This document shows positions 8,677-18,030 of a stretch of DNA of 64,000 bases, piece by piece. The notes below the pieces were generated by a model. The model was not told the origin of the DNA and did not search any database. It saw nothing but the letters and a program-made list of their open reading frames with translations. How positions within the stretch are numbered: the first letter of the stretch is position 1; the number at the start of each line of letters is the position of its first letter. Both the position numbers and the translations under genes were made by a program. Source of the stretch: an uncultured bacterium (GTDB lineage: Bacteria; Bacteroidota; Rhodothermia; Balneolales; DATFMH01); the NCBI GenBank assembly GCA_963787205.1, contig CAWBCD010000006.1:171009-235008 (forward strand). The letters are read 5' to 3'.

Positions 8677-11208
8677 TTAACTTGCATGGCTGTGAAGGGT
8701 CTTCCTTGCTATCCACATGTAATGAAGATATCGTTTCCCCGTAAAGATGGTACTGTCATAAACGGCTTTCTTGGCCCAGTCTTCTATAAAGATCCAGACA
8801 ATGCAATACAACCATATATAGCCGATGTACGACCACGGTATTGCCGTCACAAAAATGCCCAGACCAGCAACCAAAGCTGCGATCGCTTGCGTTGTGATGA
8901 TCGCTGTCAGCAGAATCGGCGCGGGGAACGGGCGCCTGAAGAACGACTCTTTGGTACGCGCCACAAACAGGGTAAGGTGCCCGGCAACCACCAGTTTCAG
9001 AAATATAATCGTCTGTATCTGTGCAAGGCCTATATGAAAAACGTCACGAATCAGATATAGCAGGAAAAAGGTCTCAATAACGCCCACCGTACCCAAAACT
9101 GTAGCAACAGTAAGAACCCGTTTCATTTGCCAGCGTACAGGCTTCGGATCCAGCCAGGTGTGATCTTCTGCTATCGTCATGATGGGCAGATCGTTAAGTA
9201 ATGCAAGCAGGATGATCATAACGGCCGTAATCGGATAGAAATTGAAGACCATCATCGCAAGTACCATAAAGAGCATGATTCGTATCGTTTCGGTAATACG
9301 ATAAATGGCATAACTATTCATCCGTTCGAATATCCGGCGCGCCTCTTCGACCGCCATAATTATGACGGATAAACCGGGTGCTGTCAGAACCAGATCGGCG
9401 GCACTTCGGGCAGCATCAGCGGCGCCACTCACGGCAATACCGACGTCGGCCTGTTTTAAGGCCGGAGCGTCATTGACGCCATCACCGGTCATCCCAACAA
9501 TGTCACCCCGGTCTTGCAATGCCTTGACAATCTGATACTTGTGTTCCGGGAATACACGGGCGAACCCATCTTTATTCTCCAATTCCTCTTCGGCACTTGC
9601 AGGCAGGTTTTTCTGATCACTGAATATATCCGTTGAAGCCGCGATATTGGTACCCAGTCCTAACTGGCTTGATATCTCTTTGGCGATAGCCACATCATCC
9701 CCTGTAATCATTTTGATGTCGATGCCGTGCTCTCTCGCACGCTTGATCGTATCGGCGGAATCCTCACGTGGCGGATCAGATAGCGGGATAAGTCCAAGGA
9801 ACTCCCAGTTATTCTTTGAGTTACCCCTGGCGACGCCTAATGTCCGGTAACCGCGCCTTGCCAGTTCATCTATCTTGTCAAAGGCTTTGGTTTTCAACTC
9901 ATCATCAGGATTGCACAAATCCAGAATCACCTGTGGCGCTCCTTTTGTCGCCAGAAAAATTCCATTCTTTCCATTGGTTACTGTGGCTTCTGTACGTTTT
10001 ATGACCGGATCAAAAGGAGTAAATTTCTCGATTTTGTAAGCTTTCAATACTGATCTATCATCAATACCATTCAAAACGGCCTCATCTATGGGATCCTGGT
10101 TCTCTTCCCGGGAAGCCAAACCGGCTGTAAGCAGAAGATCACCAGATGATGCATCTCCAAATACAACCGGCTCATCCATTGTCAGTCTGTTTTGGGTGAG
10201 TGTACCGGTCTTATCAGAACAAAGAACATTCATCCCGGCCATCTCTTCTACAGACTCAAGACGAGAAACAATTGCTTTCATCTTTGAAAGCTGCCTGGCA
10301 CCGATAGCCATCGTCACAGAGAGAACTGCCGGTAGCGCCACAGGTATTGACGCCACAGCCAAGATCAGGGCAAACTGGATAAGTGTCAGGAAGTGATCTC
10401 CGCGATAGAGTTGTACAAGTATCAGGATAGCAATCAGGAACAGACTCAGCTTAATCAGATAATCACCGATATTGATTACTGCCTGCTGGAAGTGGGAAGC
10501 CTGCTTTTCGCCCGAAACCAGGCGTGCCGTCTTGCCAAAGAACGTATTTTCCCCCGTTCCCGTTACTAAAGCCGTCATTTCACCCTGCTTGCAGATAGAG
10601 CCGGAATAGGCACTATCTCCCTTCTCTTTCGATACCGGCAGGGATTCGCCAGTCAATGCCGATTGATCCACACTCAGATAATCTCCATCAGTCAGTATGG
10701 CGTCAGCCGGAATAATATCACCCATTCTCAGCTTGATGATGTCGCCGGGAACAAGTAGACGTGCCTCGATCTTCTTCCACGTCTGATCCCGTAACACCCG
10801 GGCCTGCAGGGCTAACTGCTTCTTCAGAGCTTCAATGGCATTGTTGGCCTGGTATTCCTGGAAAAACTCGACGAGGCCGTTAAACAGGAGCAGAACGACT
10901 ATAATCGTAAGATCTGTCCAGTGATGAACCAATGCACTTAGTATACCTGCTATTTCAATCATCCAGGGAATGGGTCCCCAGAAATAGCCCAGGAAATGAA
11001 GGAATGCATTCTCTTTTTGTTCGGTCAGTTCGTTTGGCCCATATTTCTCAAGGCGTTTTTGCGCATCCGCCTCATTTAGTCCGTCAGGAGTAGATTTAAG
11101 TTCTCCTAACCAATCTTCAATAGTCTTTTTATTGCTGGAATCTTCTTTCTCTGAATGTTCGGGAGGTTCCGTCTTTGTTTCAGATTGTATCATAACATAA
11201 AAAAGCAA
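8677..11208 (-). CDS. P-type ATPase, plasma-membrane proton-pump type (P3A)
   Basis: TGESLPVSK, CSDKTGTLTQNRL, MITGDD and GDGVNDAPALKQADVGIAV. The TM6 segment LALLNDLPIMTIAEDHTWLDPKPVRWQM parallels plant/fungal AHA/PMA1 ..ILNDGTIMTISKDRVKPSP.. Confidence 0.8.
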   Translation of the reverse strand: MLFYVMIQSETKTEPPEHSEKEDSSNKKTIEDWLGELKSTPDGLNEADAQKRLEKYGPNELTEQKENAFLHFLGYFWGPIPWMIEIAGILSALVHHWTDLTIIVVLLLFNGLVEFFQEYQANNAIEALKKQLALQARVLRDQTWKKIEARLLVPGDIIKLRMGDIIPADAILTDGDYLSVDQSALTGESLPVSKEKGDSAYSGSICKQGEMTALVTGTGENTFFGKTARLVSGEKQASHFQQAVINIGDYLIKLSLFLIAILILVQLYRGDHFLTLIQFALILAVASIPVALPAVLSVTMAIGARQLSKMKAIVSRLESVEEMAGMNVLCSDKTGTLTQNRLTMDEPVVFGDASSGDLLLTAGLASREENQDPIDEAVLNGIDDRSVLKAYKIEKFTPFDPVIKRTEATVTNGKNGIFLATKGAPQVILDLCNPDDELKTKAFDKIDELARRGYRTLGVARGNSKNNWEFLGLIPLSDPPREDSADTIKRAREHGIDIKMITGDDVAIAKEISSQLGLGTNIAASTDIFSDQKNLPASAEEELENKDGFARVFPEHKYQIVKALQDRGDIVGMTGDGVNDAPALKQADVGIAVSGAADAARSAADLVLTAPGLSVIIMAVEEARRIFERMNSYAIYRITETIRIMLFMVLAMMVFNFYPITAVMIILLALLNDLPIMTIAEDHTWLDPKPVRWQMKRVLTVATVLGTVGVIETFFLLYLIRDVFHIGLAQIQTIIFLKLVVAGHLTLFVARTKESFFRRPFPAPILLTAIITTQAIAALVAGLGIFVTAIPWSYIGYIWLYCIVWIFIEDWAKKAVYDSTIFTGKRYLHYMWIARKTLHSHAS

Positions 11209-11532
11209 ATTAATATTAAAAATTCATGGCTTAAGAACCATTACCGACATTACAAAACAAATAGAAGACTCTTGTGGTTCATTATTACGGACAAATATAT
11301 TCAATTTTATAAAATACATAAATTATTAATATTATATATACTTATAGTTTTTTCAAACAACATATCATACTGTCACAACATTTTATTAAAGATATAATTG
11401 ACCGAAATAATAAGACATATCACTCCCATTACATTTAGAATAATGGACTATTACTTCTGGTGGGATTTTAATAAAAAAATGGTGGGATCGAATCTAAAGA
11501 CAAGAAACAGAGAGCGGGTAGTTAAATAATAT

Positions 11533-12486
11533 TTAAGAGGTCTCAGCCGCTACACTGGAAGATGGCTCATGGCAGGGCTGATCATTTGGATCTGAGCAGG
11601 GATTTAATTCAAATTCGAGCGTGGAGTGGGAAATACCAAATTTTTCGAGCAGTAGATTTTTGATCCGGTTTTTTATTTCTTCAAGATCTTTGAGTTTATC
11701 GGGTGGAATCAGGATATGCCCTTCCATGTTGATCTGATTTTCATCGAGTCTCCATATATGGATATGATGGATGTCAAGCACCTCCGGAAGTTTGGTAACC
11801 TCTCCAATCATCTCATCGATATTGATATCACCGGGTGTACTTTCCATGAGTATGTTGATGGTCTCCCTCAACATGTGGTAACTGTGTCCTAAAATATAGA
11901 CCGCAATTAGAATCGTGAGGATCGTATCCACGATATACAGGTGATATTTTAGAATCAGAAAACCACCAATGATCACACCCACGGAAGAAAGGCCGTCAGA
12001 AAGGATGTGTATGAATGTACTTTTTATGTTCAGGTTGCCCTTTGAACTTTTATAAAGCAGCCCAACTGTGCCAAAATTCCCAATCAGGCCAATAACAGCT
12101 ACCACCAACATCACCAACCCATTAACAGGTTCGGGGTGTAGAAAACGCATAATGCCTTCGTAAATCAGGTAGAGCCCGACAAGGACCAGTGTTACCAGAT
12201 TAATGAATGCACCCACAATTTCGGCCCTGTTATAGCCAAACGTTTTGTCCTGATCAGGACTCCAACGGGAGATTTTGCGAGCTCCGAGACTGATGCCGAG
12301 TGAAGCTGTGTCACTGAGATTATGCAGAGCGTCGGAAAGCAACGATAGTGAGTTAGACAGGATTCCACCTACGACCTCCGCCAGAGTGATCAACAGGTTG
12401 AGACCGATAGAAAGCCAGAGTCGCCCAATTGTTTGGTCGCTGCCTTCGGTAAGATGATGGTGGTTATGGTTATGCGAATGAGCCAT
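11533..12486 (-). CDS. Cation diffusion facilitator (CzcD/ZitB-like metal exporter)
   Basis: His-rich N-terminus MAHSHNHNHHH. Six TM segments with LLSDALHNLSD and HILSD motifs. C-terminal cytoplasmic domain (HHIHIWRL). Confidence 0.88.
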   Translation of the reverse strand: MAHSHNHNHHHLTEGSDQTIGRLWLSIGLNLLITLAEVVGGILSNSLSLLSDALHNLSDTASLGISLGARKISRWSPDQDKTFGYNRAEIVGAFINLVTLVLVGLYLIYEGIMRFLHPEPVNGLVMLVVAVIGLIGNFGTVGLLYKSSKGNLNIKSTFIHILSDGLSSVGVIIGGFLILKYHLYIVDTILTILIAVYILGHSYHMLRETINILMESTPGDINIDEMIGEVTKLPEVLDIHHIHIWRLDENQINMEGHILIPPDKLKDLEEIKNRIKNLLLEKFGISHSTLEFELNPCSDPNDQPCHEPSSSVAAETS

Positions 12487-12684
12487 GAAATAATTTGAAT
12501 TTAGCCTATGTTACAAGACTTTCACCGAACCTTCAACGGTTTGGGTATCAATTTATGGCCTTTGTACAAATTCCTTAAGTATTTTATAAACAGAAGGTAA
12601 CTTTTAACAGAGTATCATGTCTGGCAAAGAGAGCGCCGAGAGCGCAAAGGAAATATGTATCCATCTTAAAATCTCGTGTCCAGT

Positions 12685-13491
12685 TTATTCTATTGCCCGA
12701 ATGTATCTTTCCGCAGACTCCTTCACCGCTTGCTTTGCCCCGGTAAGGATATTTCGATTCCACCATGCGCCATAAATCCGGTCAAAGGTTAATGGTTCCA
12801 CGGAATTGACTATTCGTTGTACTTTCTCTGCAGACAACGGTATTGCGTTGGGATAGCTGTACATGAAGGTTACATGTTTCAGGTCTGGAACCACCTGTAT
12901 AATATCTCCGGTAAGCAAAACACCATTCCCCTCTGCTCCTTCCGGCCAGTGCACCACCGTTCCGCCGTCGAAATGTCCACCGCAACGTATCAACGTTATA
13001 TCGTCGAAGAGCGGCTTTGTTTCGCCATCCCAGAATTGAATGCGTTCATCATGTCGCATGACCCATTCCCGGTCATTCCCATGCAGATAGACCGGAATAT
13101 CCCCGAAAGCTTTGCTCCACTCGACCATGGTTGTGTAATAATGGGGATGAGAGATTGCGATCGCCTTCAATCCCCCAATCCCTTTTATGAGCTCTGCTGT
13201 GGCATCGTCAATAAGAGGTATGCAATCCCACAAGATATTCCCCGATTTGGACTGTATGATTAATGCACGCTGACCAATCGCAAAAGATGGCTCCATACCG
13301 ATGGCCATCAGTCCATCTTCTTTCTTTCGGAAACTGTTTCGGTGTGTCTGTTCCAGTTTATCGAGCGTCGTCCAATGCTGTCCGCCCAAACCGACATACT
13401 GGCGTTCATCTTCACAGACAGGACAATGCTCTGGTGGTTCATCAGTTGCTGCAAACTGACTGCCACAAGTAACGCATATATAGTTTTTCAT
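12685..13491 (-). CDS. MBL-fold metallo-hydrolase with an N-terminal zinc-ribbon
   Basis: CVTCGSQF..CPVCEDERQY zinc-ribbon. HPHYYT and later CGGH motifs are compatible with a beta-lactamase fold. Confidence 0.65.
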   Translation of the reverse strand: MKNYICVTCGSQFAATDEPPEHCPVCEDERQYVGLGGQHWTTLDKLEQTHRNSFRKKEDGLMAIGMEPSFAIGQRALIIQSKSGNILWDCIPLIDDATAELIKGIGGLKAIAISHPHYYTTMVEWSKAFGDIPVYLHGNDREWVMRHDERIQFWDGETKPLFDDITLIRCGGHFDGGTVVHWPEGAEGNGVLLTGDIIQVVPDLKHVTFMYSYPNAIPLSAEKVQRIVNSVEPLTFDRIYGAWWNRNILTGAKQAVKESAERYIRAIE

Positions 13492-13509
13492 GAAATGATT
13501 CTATTGTGA

Positions 13510-14412
13510 TCAGAATTGATTTGCCGCTTTCCACGCATGGAAAAATGTTTCAGCTTCATCTACGAATCCACCAAATTTAGGTTGCCAACCCAGCAAGCGA
13601 CCCGCCTTTTTCGCGTCAACATGCTGATCCAGTGCCAGGGCTTCTGCAACGGGTCCCATTTCTTTCGCTGCTATATCAACCGGTTGATACTCGATCTCTC
13701 CCTTGTAAGAAATGGCTCGTGCAACGGCTTCCACCATCTCTTTAACAGTGTAACGTGACCGGTCGCTTACGTTAAATATCTCACCACTTAATCCACTTTC
13801 CACAACGCGCACATAAGCATCTGCGAGATCATCGACATGAATCATCGTCCATCGATTCGACCCATCACCTACAACAGATAACGTGCCATTGACTGCTCCG
13901 TTAAACCACATACCCGTGAGTCCTCCGCGTTCACCGTAAACACATCCTGGCCGAATAACGAGTCCTTTAACCGACTCTGACTGCAACACCTTTTGTTCGA
14001 TTTCCGGACGCCAGGTTACCGACGGGGCGGGTTTCAGAGGCGTCGTTTCATCCGCCGCTTTCCAGCCAGTATTACCAACAACCCAACATCCGCTGGTATA
14101 GATAAATGTTTTAGGTGTTGCACCTTTTTCACCCAGTTTAAGCATGGTTTGTACCGTTTGTTTATCCAGATCCACCGTATCGTTTTGATAATCAGCCGCA
14201 GCATGAATCAAAACTCCACACGATTCAGCCGTTTTCATATAGGATTCCGGTTCTTGCATACTCCCTGTTACCGGATGAATTTCATTGGCTTCCAGCATAG
14301 TGGCTTTTTCCTTACTCCGGGTCAATCCGAACACATCATGACCAGCCCGTCTCAAAGCTTTCGAAACAGCAAGGCCGATGTATCCTGTTGCACCCGTGAT
14401 AAATACGTTCAT
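13510..14412 (-). CDS. NAD-dependent epimerase/dehydratase (extended SDR)
   Basis: MNVFITGATGYIGLAV Rossmann motif. The ORF track starts at 14472, but the internal ATG at 14412 gives the usual N-terminus. Confidence 0.8.
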   Translation of the reverse strand: MNVFITGATGYIGLAVSKALRRAGHDVFGLTRSKEKATMLEANEIHPVTGSMQEPESYMKTAESCGVLIHAAADYQNDTVDLDKQTVQTMLKLGEKGATPKTFIYTSGCWVVGNTGWKAADETTPLKPAPSVTWRPEIEQKVLQSESVKGLVIRPGCVYGERGGLTGMWFNGAVNGTLSVVGDGSNRWTMIHVDDLADAYVRVVESGLSGEIFNVSDRSRYTVKEMVEAVARAISYKGEIEYQPVDIAAKEMGPVAEALALDQHVDAKKAGRLLGWQPKFGGFVDEAETFFHAWKAANQF

Positions 14413-14496
14413 AACTAATCCCTGTCTTTCAGTTTTGAAACTTCTATAAATATTGCGTGTTGGTAACACCAACTACGTTATAAAAAGTTCTCCTGG

Positions 14497-14988
14497 TTAC
14501 TCAGACGTTGGATTTTTTTCGTTGATATATGGTTCATACAATCGGGAGCAGATGTCTGACAGTCTTTTCATCTCTTTTTTAGGGATATGCTTTGAGAACT
14601 CCTTCACCATCTTTTTTAATTTGGGATCCATTTCGTCCAATAAATTGATCCCTTCCTGAGTGATTTTGGCTACGGACAGCCGTTTGTCCGTTTCCGATTT
14701 TACGCGTTCCACTAATCCCCTTCTGACCAACCGGTCAAGCAGTCGGGTTACATCGGGTGTCCGTTCAATCATTCTGCTGATTATCTCAAAACGGGGATAC
14801 CCCCCCGGATATGCACCATGAAGTATTCTCATGATATTATATTGATCATGAGTGACTCCGTAGCTTCCGCACAGTTCATTCAGCAATTGACGGTAGTGTC
14901 CGGCAGCTACCAGTAGATTGATCATCGCCTCTTGGCGCGAGCTTTCATAAGCCTTCTGTTTTACCCGGTCATAAAGTGCATTTGCCAT
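14497..14988 (-). CDS. MarR-family transcriptional regulator
   Basis: 163 aa. The winged-helix core QYNIMRILHG...TPDVTRLLDRLVRRGLVERVKSETDKRL is typical of MarR. Confidence 0.85.
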   Translation of the reverse strand: MANALYDRVKQKAYESSRQEAMINLLVAAGHYRQLLNELCGSYGVTHDQYNIMRILHGAYPGGYPRFEIISRMIERTPDVTRLLDRLVRRGLVERVKSETDKRLSVAKITQEGINLLDEMDPKLKKMVKEFSKHIPKKEMKRLSDICSRLYEPYINEKNPTSE

Positions 14989-15107
14989 AATCTATGATTT
15001 ATATGTTTGGGACTAATATCACTTTAATTAAAATAATTTGTGTTATCAACATGTAATTTTAAGCTGATGGGGTGCTTCTACTTGTAGTCCGGCTCACCCG
15101 GCTCCTG

Positions 15108-16484
15108 TCACATGTACCCAAACACTGGAGGGAAGATGATGACAACTATCGCCGCCCACACGGCATACACTGGCAGGTAATTTGTCTGCCACCGTTCGAG
15201 TTCCGTGAACGATCCGCGACCTCTAAGAAAACGTATGTAGAGCACAGTCGACCAAGACAGATTGACCAGAAGGATCACGTTTTCGCCAAGGGCGGCCACG
15301 CGGTTCGGACTGAAGCCAAACTCAGAGATTCGCGTAGCAATAGCCCATAGTGCGACTACGTCGGCAAACAAAGCACTGATCACCAATACGACCTGTATCA
15401 CATCAAAAACACCAGGTGCCGAATTTGGGTCACCGGCGGAGATGGAATAGAGCAGAAGGCCAAGTACAACCACAAGGAGCAGATCAAACGCAATTAAGAC
15501 GTTCCTTTCGATGCCTACGCCATGACCCGTCCACAGCATGGTCCCCAGAAACGTGACCAGCATGGCAGCGAAAAGGGGCGTGAATAGACGCGTCAACACG
15601 GGTGCCATATTCTCGATCACGCTTTGCTTTGCTTCTACCAGCCATGAGGCAACAATGACGGCCCCGGACGCTCCACAAGGCAACAGCCACAGTTGGAAGA
15701 AGTGTTCGACGTTGATCCCTATAGCTTTGAAAATCATTGACATGAACGCCATGAAAACGCCGCCGCCGAGTGCAATCAGCACATAGTAGATGAAGAGTTC
15801 ACCCGAGAATCGAATGAAGTCCATGCGGCTTCCGACCCGATTCCAGCGGCCACCAGCATATGCGATACCCACGGCCAGCCAGAGCGCGATCGGCACATGC
15901 AATACCGTGAGCACCCCGGTGGAGCCCTGCCGAGCAAATGGATAGACGTTGACGAAGATGGCTGCTGTGATAAACGCCACTGCCAGCCAGCTTATCGTGC
16001 GGATGTCGAGACGCCGTTTCCAGGCGAAATAGCCGGCAAGCAGGGGCAGGACGAAGAAACTCATATTTCGGGCGTACCAGGGGGAGATGACATCCTTCTG
16101 TATCAGCGGGGTCCCCAAAAGTGCCGGGATCTTGATGGCCACCGCTGCTGCCATCACAAGACAGAAGGCGACGATGGCATCTGTACGGCTCTTCGTTTGT
16201 AGCTCACCGGAATCGGAGGGAACTGTGACGAGTTGCTTCCACACGCGATCCGAGTGCTCTCGCGCGAACTCCCGTGAGAGAGCATCAAGATTGCCCATAC
16301 GCTTGACCGCTACCAGAAATGCCTCATCGGTGGCCAGCCCCGCCTCAATCAGTGCCACCACCTGCTCACGCAGACGCGCTTCCAGCTTTGCTATGTCTAC
16401 AGAGCGAATTGCCTGCCGACGGAGGTAGCTCCGCCATTGGTTGATCTGCTCCTCAAGCGATATTTTGTTACCTGAAGTTGACAT
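15108..16484 (-). CDS. Multi-pass membrane protein with a soluble helical N-terminal prefix domain (DUF4153-like, tentative)
   Basis: About 100 aa of charged helical N-terminus (SLEEQINQWRSYLRRQ...) followed by about 10 TM segments. The gene is visibly GC-richer than its neighbours. Confidence 0.55.
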   Translation of the reverse strand: MSTSGNKISLEEQINQWRSYLRRQAIRSVDIAKLEARLREQVVALIEAGLATDEAFLVAVKRMGNLDALSREFAREHSDRVWKQLVTVPSDSGELQTKSRTDAIVAFCLVMAAAVAIKIPALLGTPLIQKDVISPWYARNMSFFVLPLLAGYFAWKRRLDIRTISWLAVAFITAAIFVNVYPFARQGSTGVLTVLHVPIALWLAVGIAYAGGRWNRVGSRMDFIRFSGELFIYYVLIALGGGVFMAFMSMIFKAIGINVEHFFQLWLLPCGASGAVIVASWLVEAKQSVIENMAPVLTRLFTPLFAAMLVTFLGTMLWTGHGVGIERNVLIAFDLLLVVVLGLLLYSISAGDPNSAPGVFDVIQVVLVISALFADVVALWAIATRISEFGFSPNRVAALGENVILLVNLSWSTVLYIRFLRGRGSFTELERWQTNYLPVYAVWAAIVVIIFPPVFGYM

Positions 16485-16692
16485 CGTTTAGGCCTCCTTT
16501 TGATACAGAACGCCAGGCGCCGGGTAACTGTCCGGGACAGAGATGTGGAATGTTACATTTTTCATTATTCGAACAACAATCGGATAGTTTTTGTGGATGT
16601 TGACAATTGATAGTTTCATTTTATCTGTATTTGTAAGAATTGGAGTGTGCGGTGATGATTTTTCATGCTATTTAATCTCAATTTTCAAAAAG

Positions 16693-16711
16693 CACTTTGT
16701 ATTACAAAGTG
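16693..16711. promoter_or_regulatory. Perfect palindrome CACTTTGTA-T-TACAAAGTG, candidate operator
   Basis: 9-bp inverted arms with a 1-nt spacer. The TACAAAGT core recurs twice at 17677-17702. Confidence 0.5.
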
Positions 16712-16744
16712 AATAAGCAAAAAAATATTCGGACTATCCGCTAT

Positions 16745-17047
16745 CTATTTCTGTGATTTTATTATTTGTTCCAACACTTTGAGGTGTCCCTCAAACGCTT
16801 TTTTACCCTTTTTGGTCATGTAATATCTGGTATTGGGTTTTCTGTCAATAAATGACTTTTTTACACCAATAAACTCTTCTTTTTCCAGTGCTTTAATATG
16901 TGTTGCCAAATTACCATCGGTCACATCGAGATATTCCTTTAGGGCATTGAAATCGAGCATTTCATTAACAGCTAAAGCCGACATAATGCCGAGCCTTACG
17001 CGGCTCTCAAATGCCTTATGTAAACCATCGATAGATACTTTCACCAC
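16745..17047 (-). CDS. Winged-helix transcriptional regulator (HTH_34-like)
   Basis: 100 aa. RVRLGIMSAL...DFNALKEYLDVTDGNLATHIKALEKEEFIGVKKSF..KPNTRYYMTKKGKKAF fits the small wHTH regulator pattern. Confidence 0.75.
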   Translation of the reverse strand: MVKVSIDGLHKAFESRVRLGIMSALAVNEMLDFNALKEYLDVTDGNLATHIKALEKEEFIGVKKSFIDRKPNTRYYMTKKGKKAFEGHLKVLEQIIKSQK

Positions 17048-17050
17048 TTT

Positions 17051-17677
17051 TCACCGTTCGTACCTTAGATGCATGTAAATACCATAGATAATGTGGACCA
17101 CTCCGAAACCAATAGCCCAAAAGAGCAGGCCATATTCAATACAGCAGGTGCTAATCAATCCCAATCCCACCTGAATCATACCCAGAAACTTTACATCATC
17201 ATAGGTAAATTTGCCGGCATTATATAATGCAAGACCATAAAACACCAGGGTTAAAGGCACAATTAATCCAATAAAACCTTTAGCCAATAAAACTAATATT
17301 AAAATTCCACCGGTTATTAAAGGTACGGCCATATTGACCAAAAGCCGTCTTGACGTGGCATTCCATACTTTTTCATCCCTTTTTCGGGCCTTTTTATATG
17401 AGAGAAAAATGGCGGTGCCTACAGCCAGTAGCAGTATCAAAATGGCCAGGATGACGATTTTTGGTAAATCAGAAGAAAAAGGGACGGATTGATCGGTGGT
17501 GTAAACTATTTGGTCGGGATTAAAATGAAAAAAGTGATAGGCTATATAGGCCCCCAACAATGCATAAATACCAGCCATTACCCCTGCCAAACCGGAAAGC
17601 GACAAAAACCTGGAAGAACGCTCCATCATTGAGCGTATTTCTGAGAGATCGCGAATATAGTCCCGTTCTTTTTTCAT
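17051..17677 (-). CDS. Membrane protein of unknown function, 3-nt gap to the downstream regulator
   Basis: 208 aa with about 5 TM segments. It ends 3 nt before the wHTH gene start, which suggests an operon. Confidence 0.6.
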   Translation of the reverse strand: MKKERDYIRDLSEIRSMMERSSRFLSLSGLAGVMAGIYALLGAYIAYHFFHFNPDQIVYTTDQSVPFSSDLPKIVILAILILLLAVGTAIFLSYKKARKRDEKVWNATSRRLLVNMAVPLITGGILILVLLAKGFIGLIVPLTLVFYGLALYNAGKFTYDDVKFLGMIQVGLGLISTCCIEYGLLFWAIGFGVVHIIYGIYMHLRYER

Positions 17678-17702
17678 ACAAAGTACTTTTTATTACAAAG
17701 TA
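17677..17702. promoter_or_regulatory. Two direct TACAAAGTA boxes at the start of the membrane protein/wHTH operon
   Basis: TACAAAGTA at 17677-17685 and 17694-17702. Same core as the 16693-16711 palindrome. Confidence 0.45.
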
Positions 17703-18030
17703 AAATAATAATGGCAATTGCACAATAACTGCAGGAATTAATTATGATTTACAGGTTTGCCATTCAAACTGTCGTTTCCGGATGTAAACGAGGTCCTTCG
17801 GCCTCAGCATGACATCTTTATGTTTAAAGCATTGGATGGATGAATGGCCGGATGGCGCGACTATCAACCACACAATACAATCATACAACCATTCAACCAT
17901 TCATTTTTTTTTATGTCCGTGCTGATCCGCATCGTCCGTGTTCTATTCTTTAGAAGTCCAGATTAGGCGGATAACTCTACAGCCTGTATCTTTCGTTGCG
18001 AATGTAACCAGTGAAAGGAAAAATCATTTT

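Noticed and set aside
8410-9060. A 216-aa plus-strand ORF overlapping the 3' end of the P-type ATPase.
   Set aside because: It is mostly antisense to a well-supported gene, and its first part merely reads through the end of the permease gene in another frame. No motifs were found.
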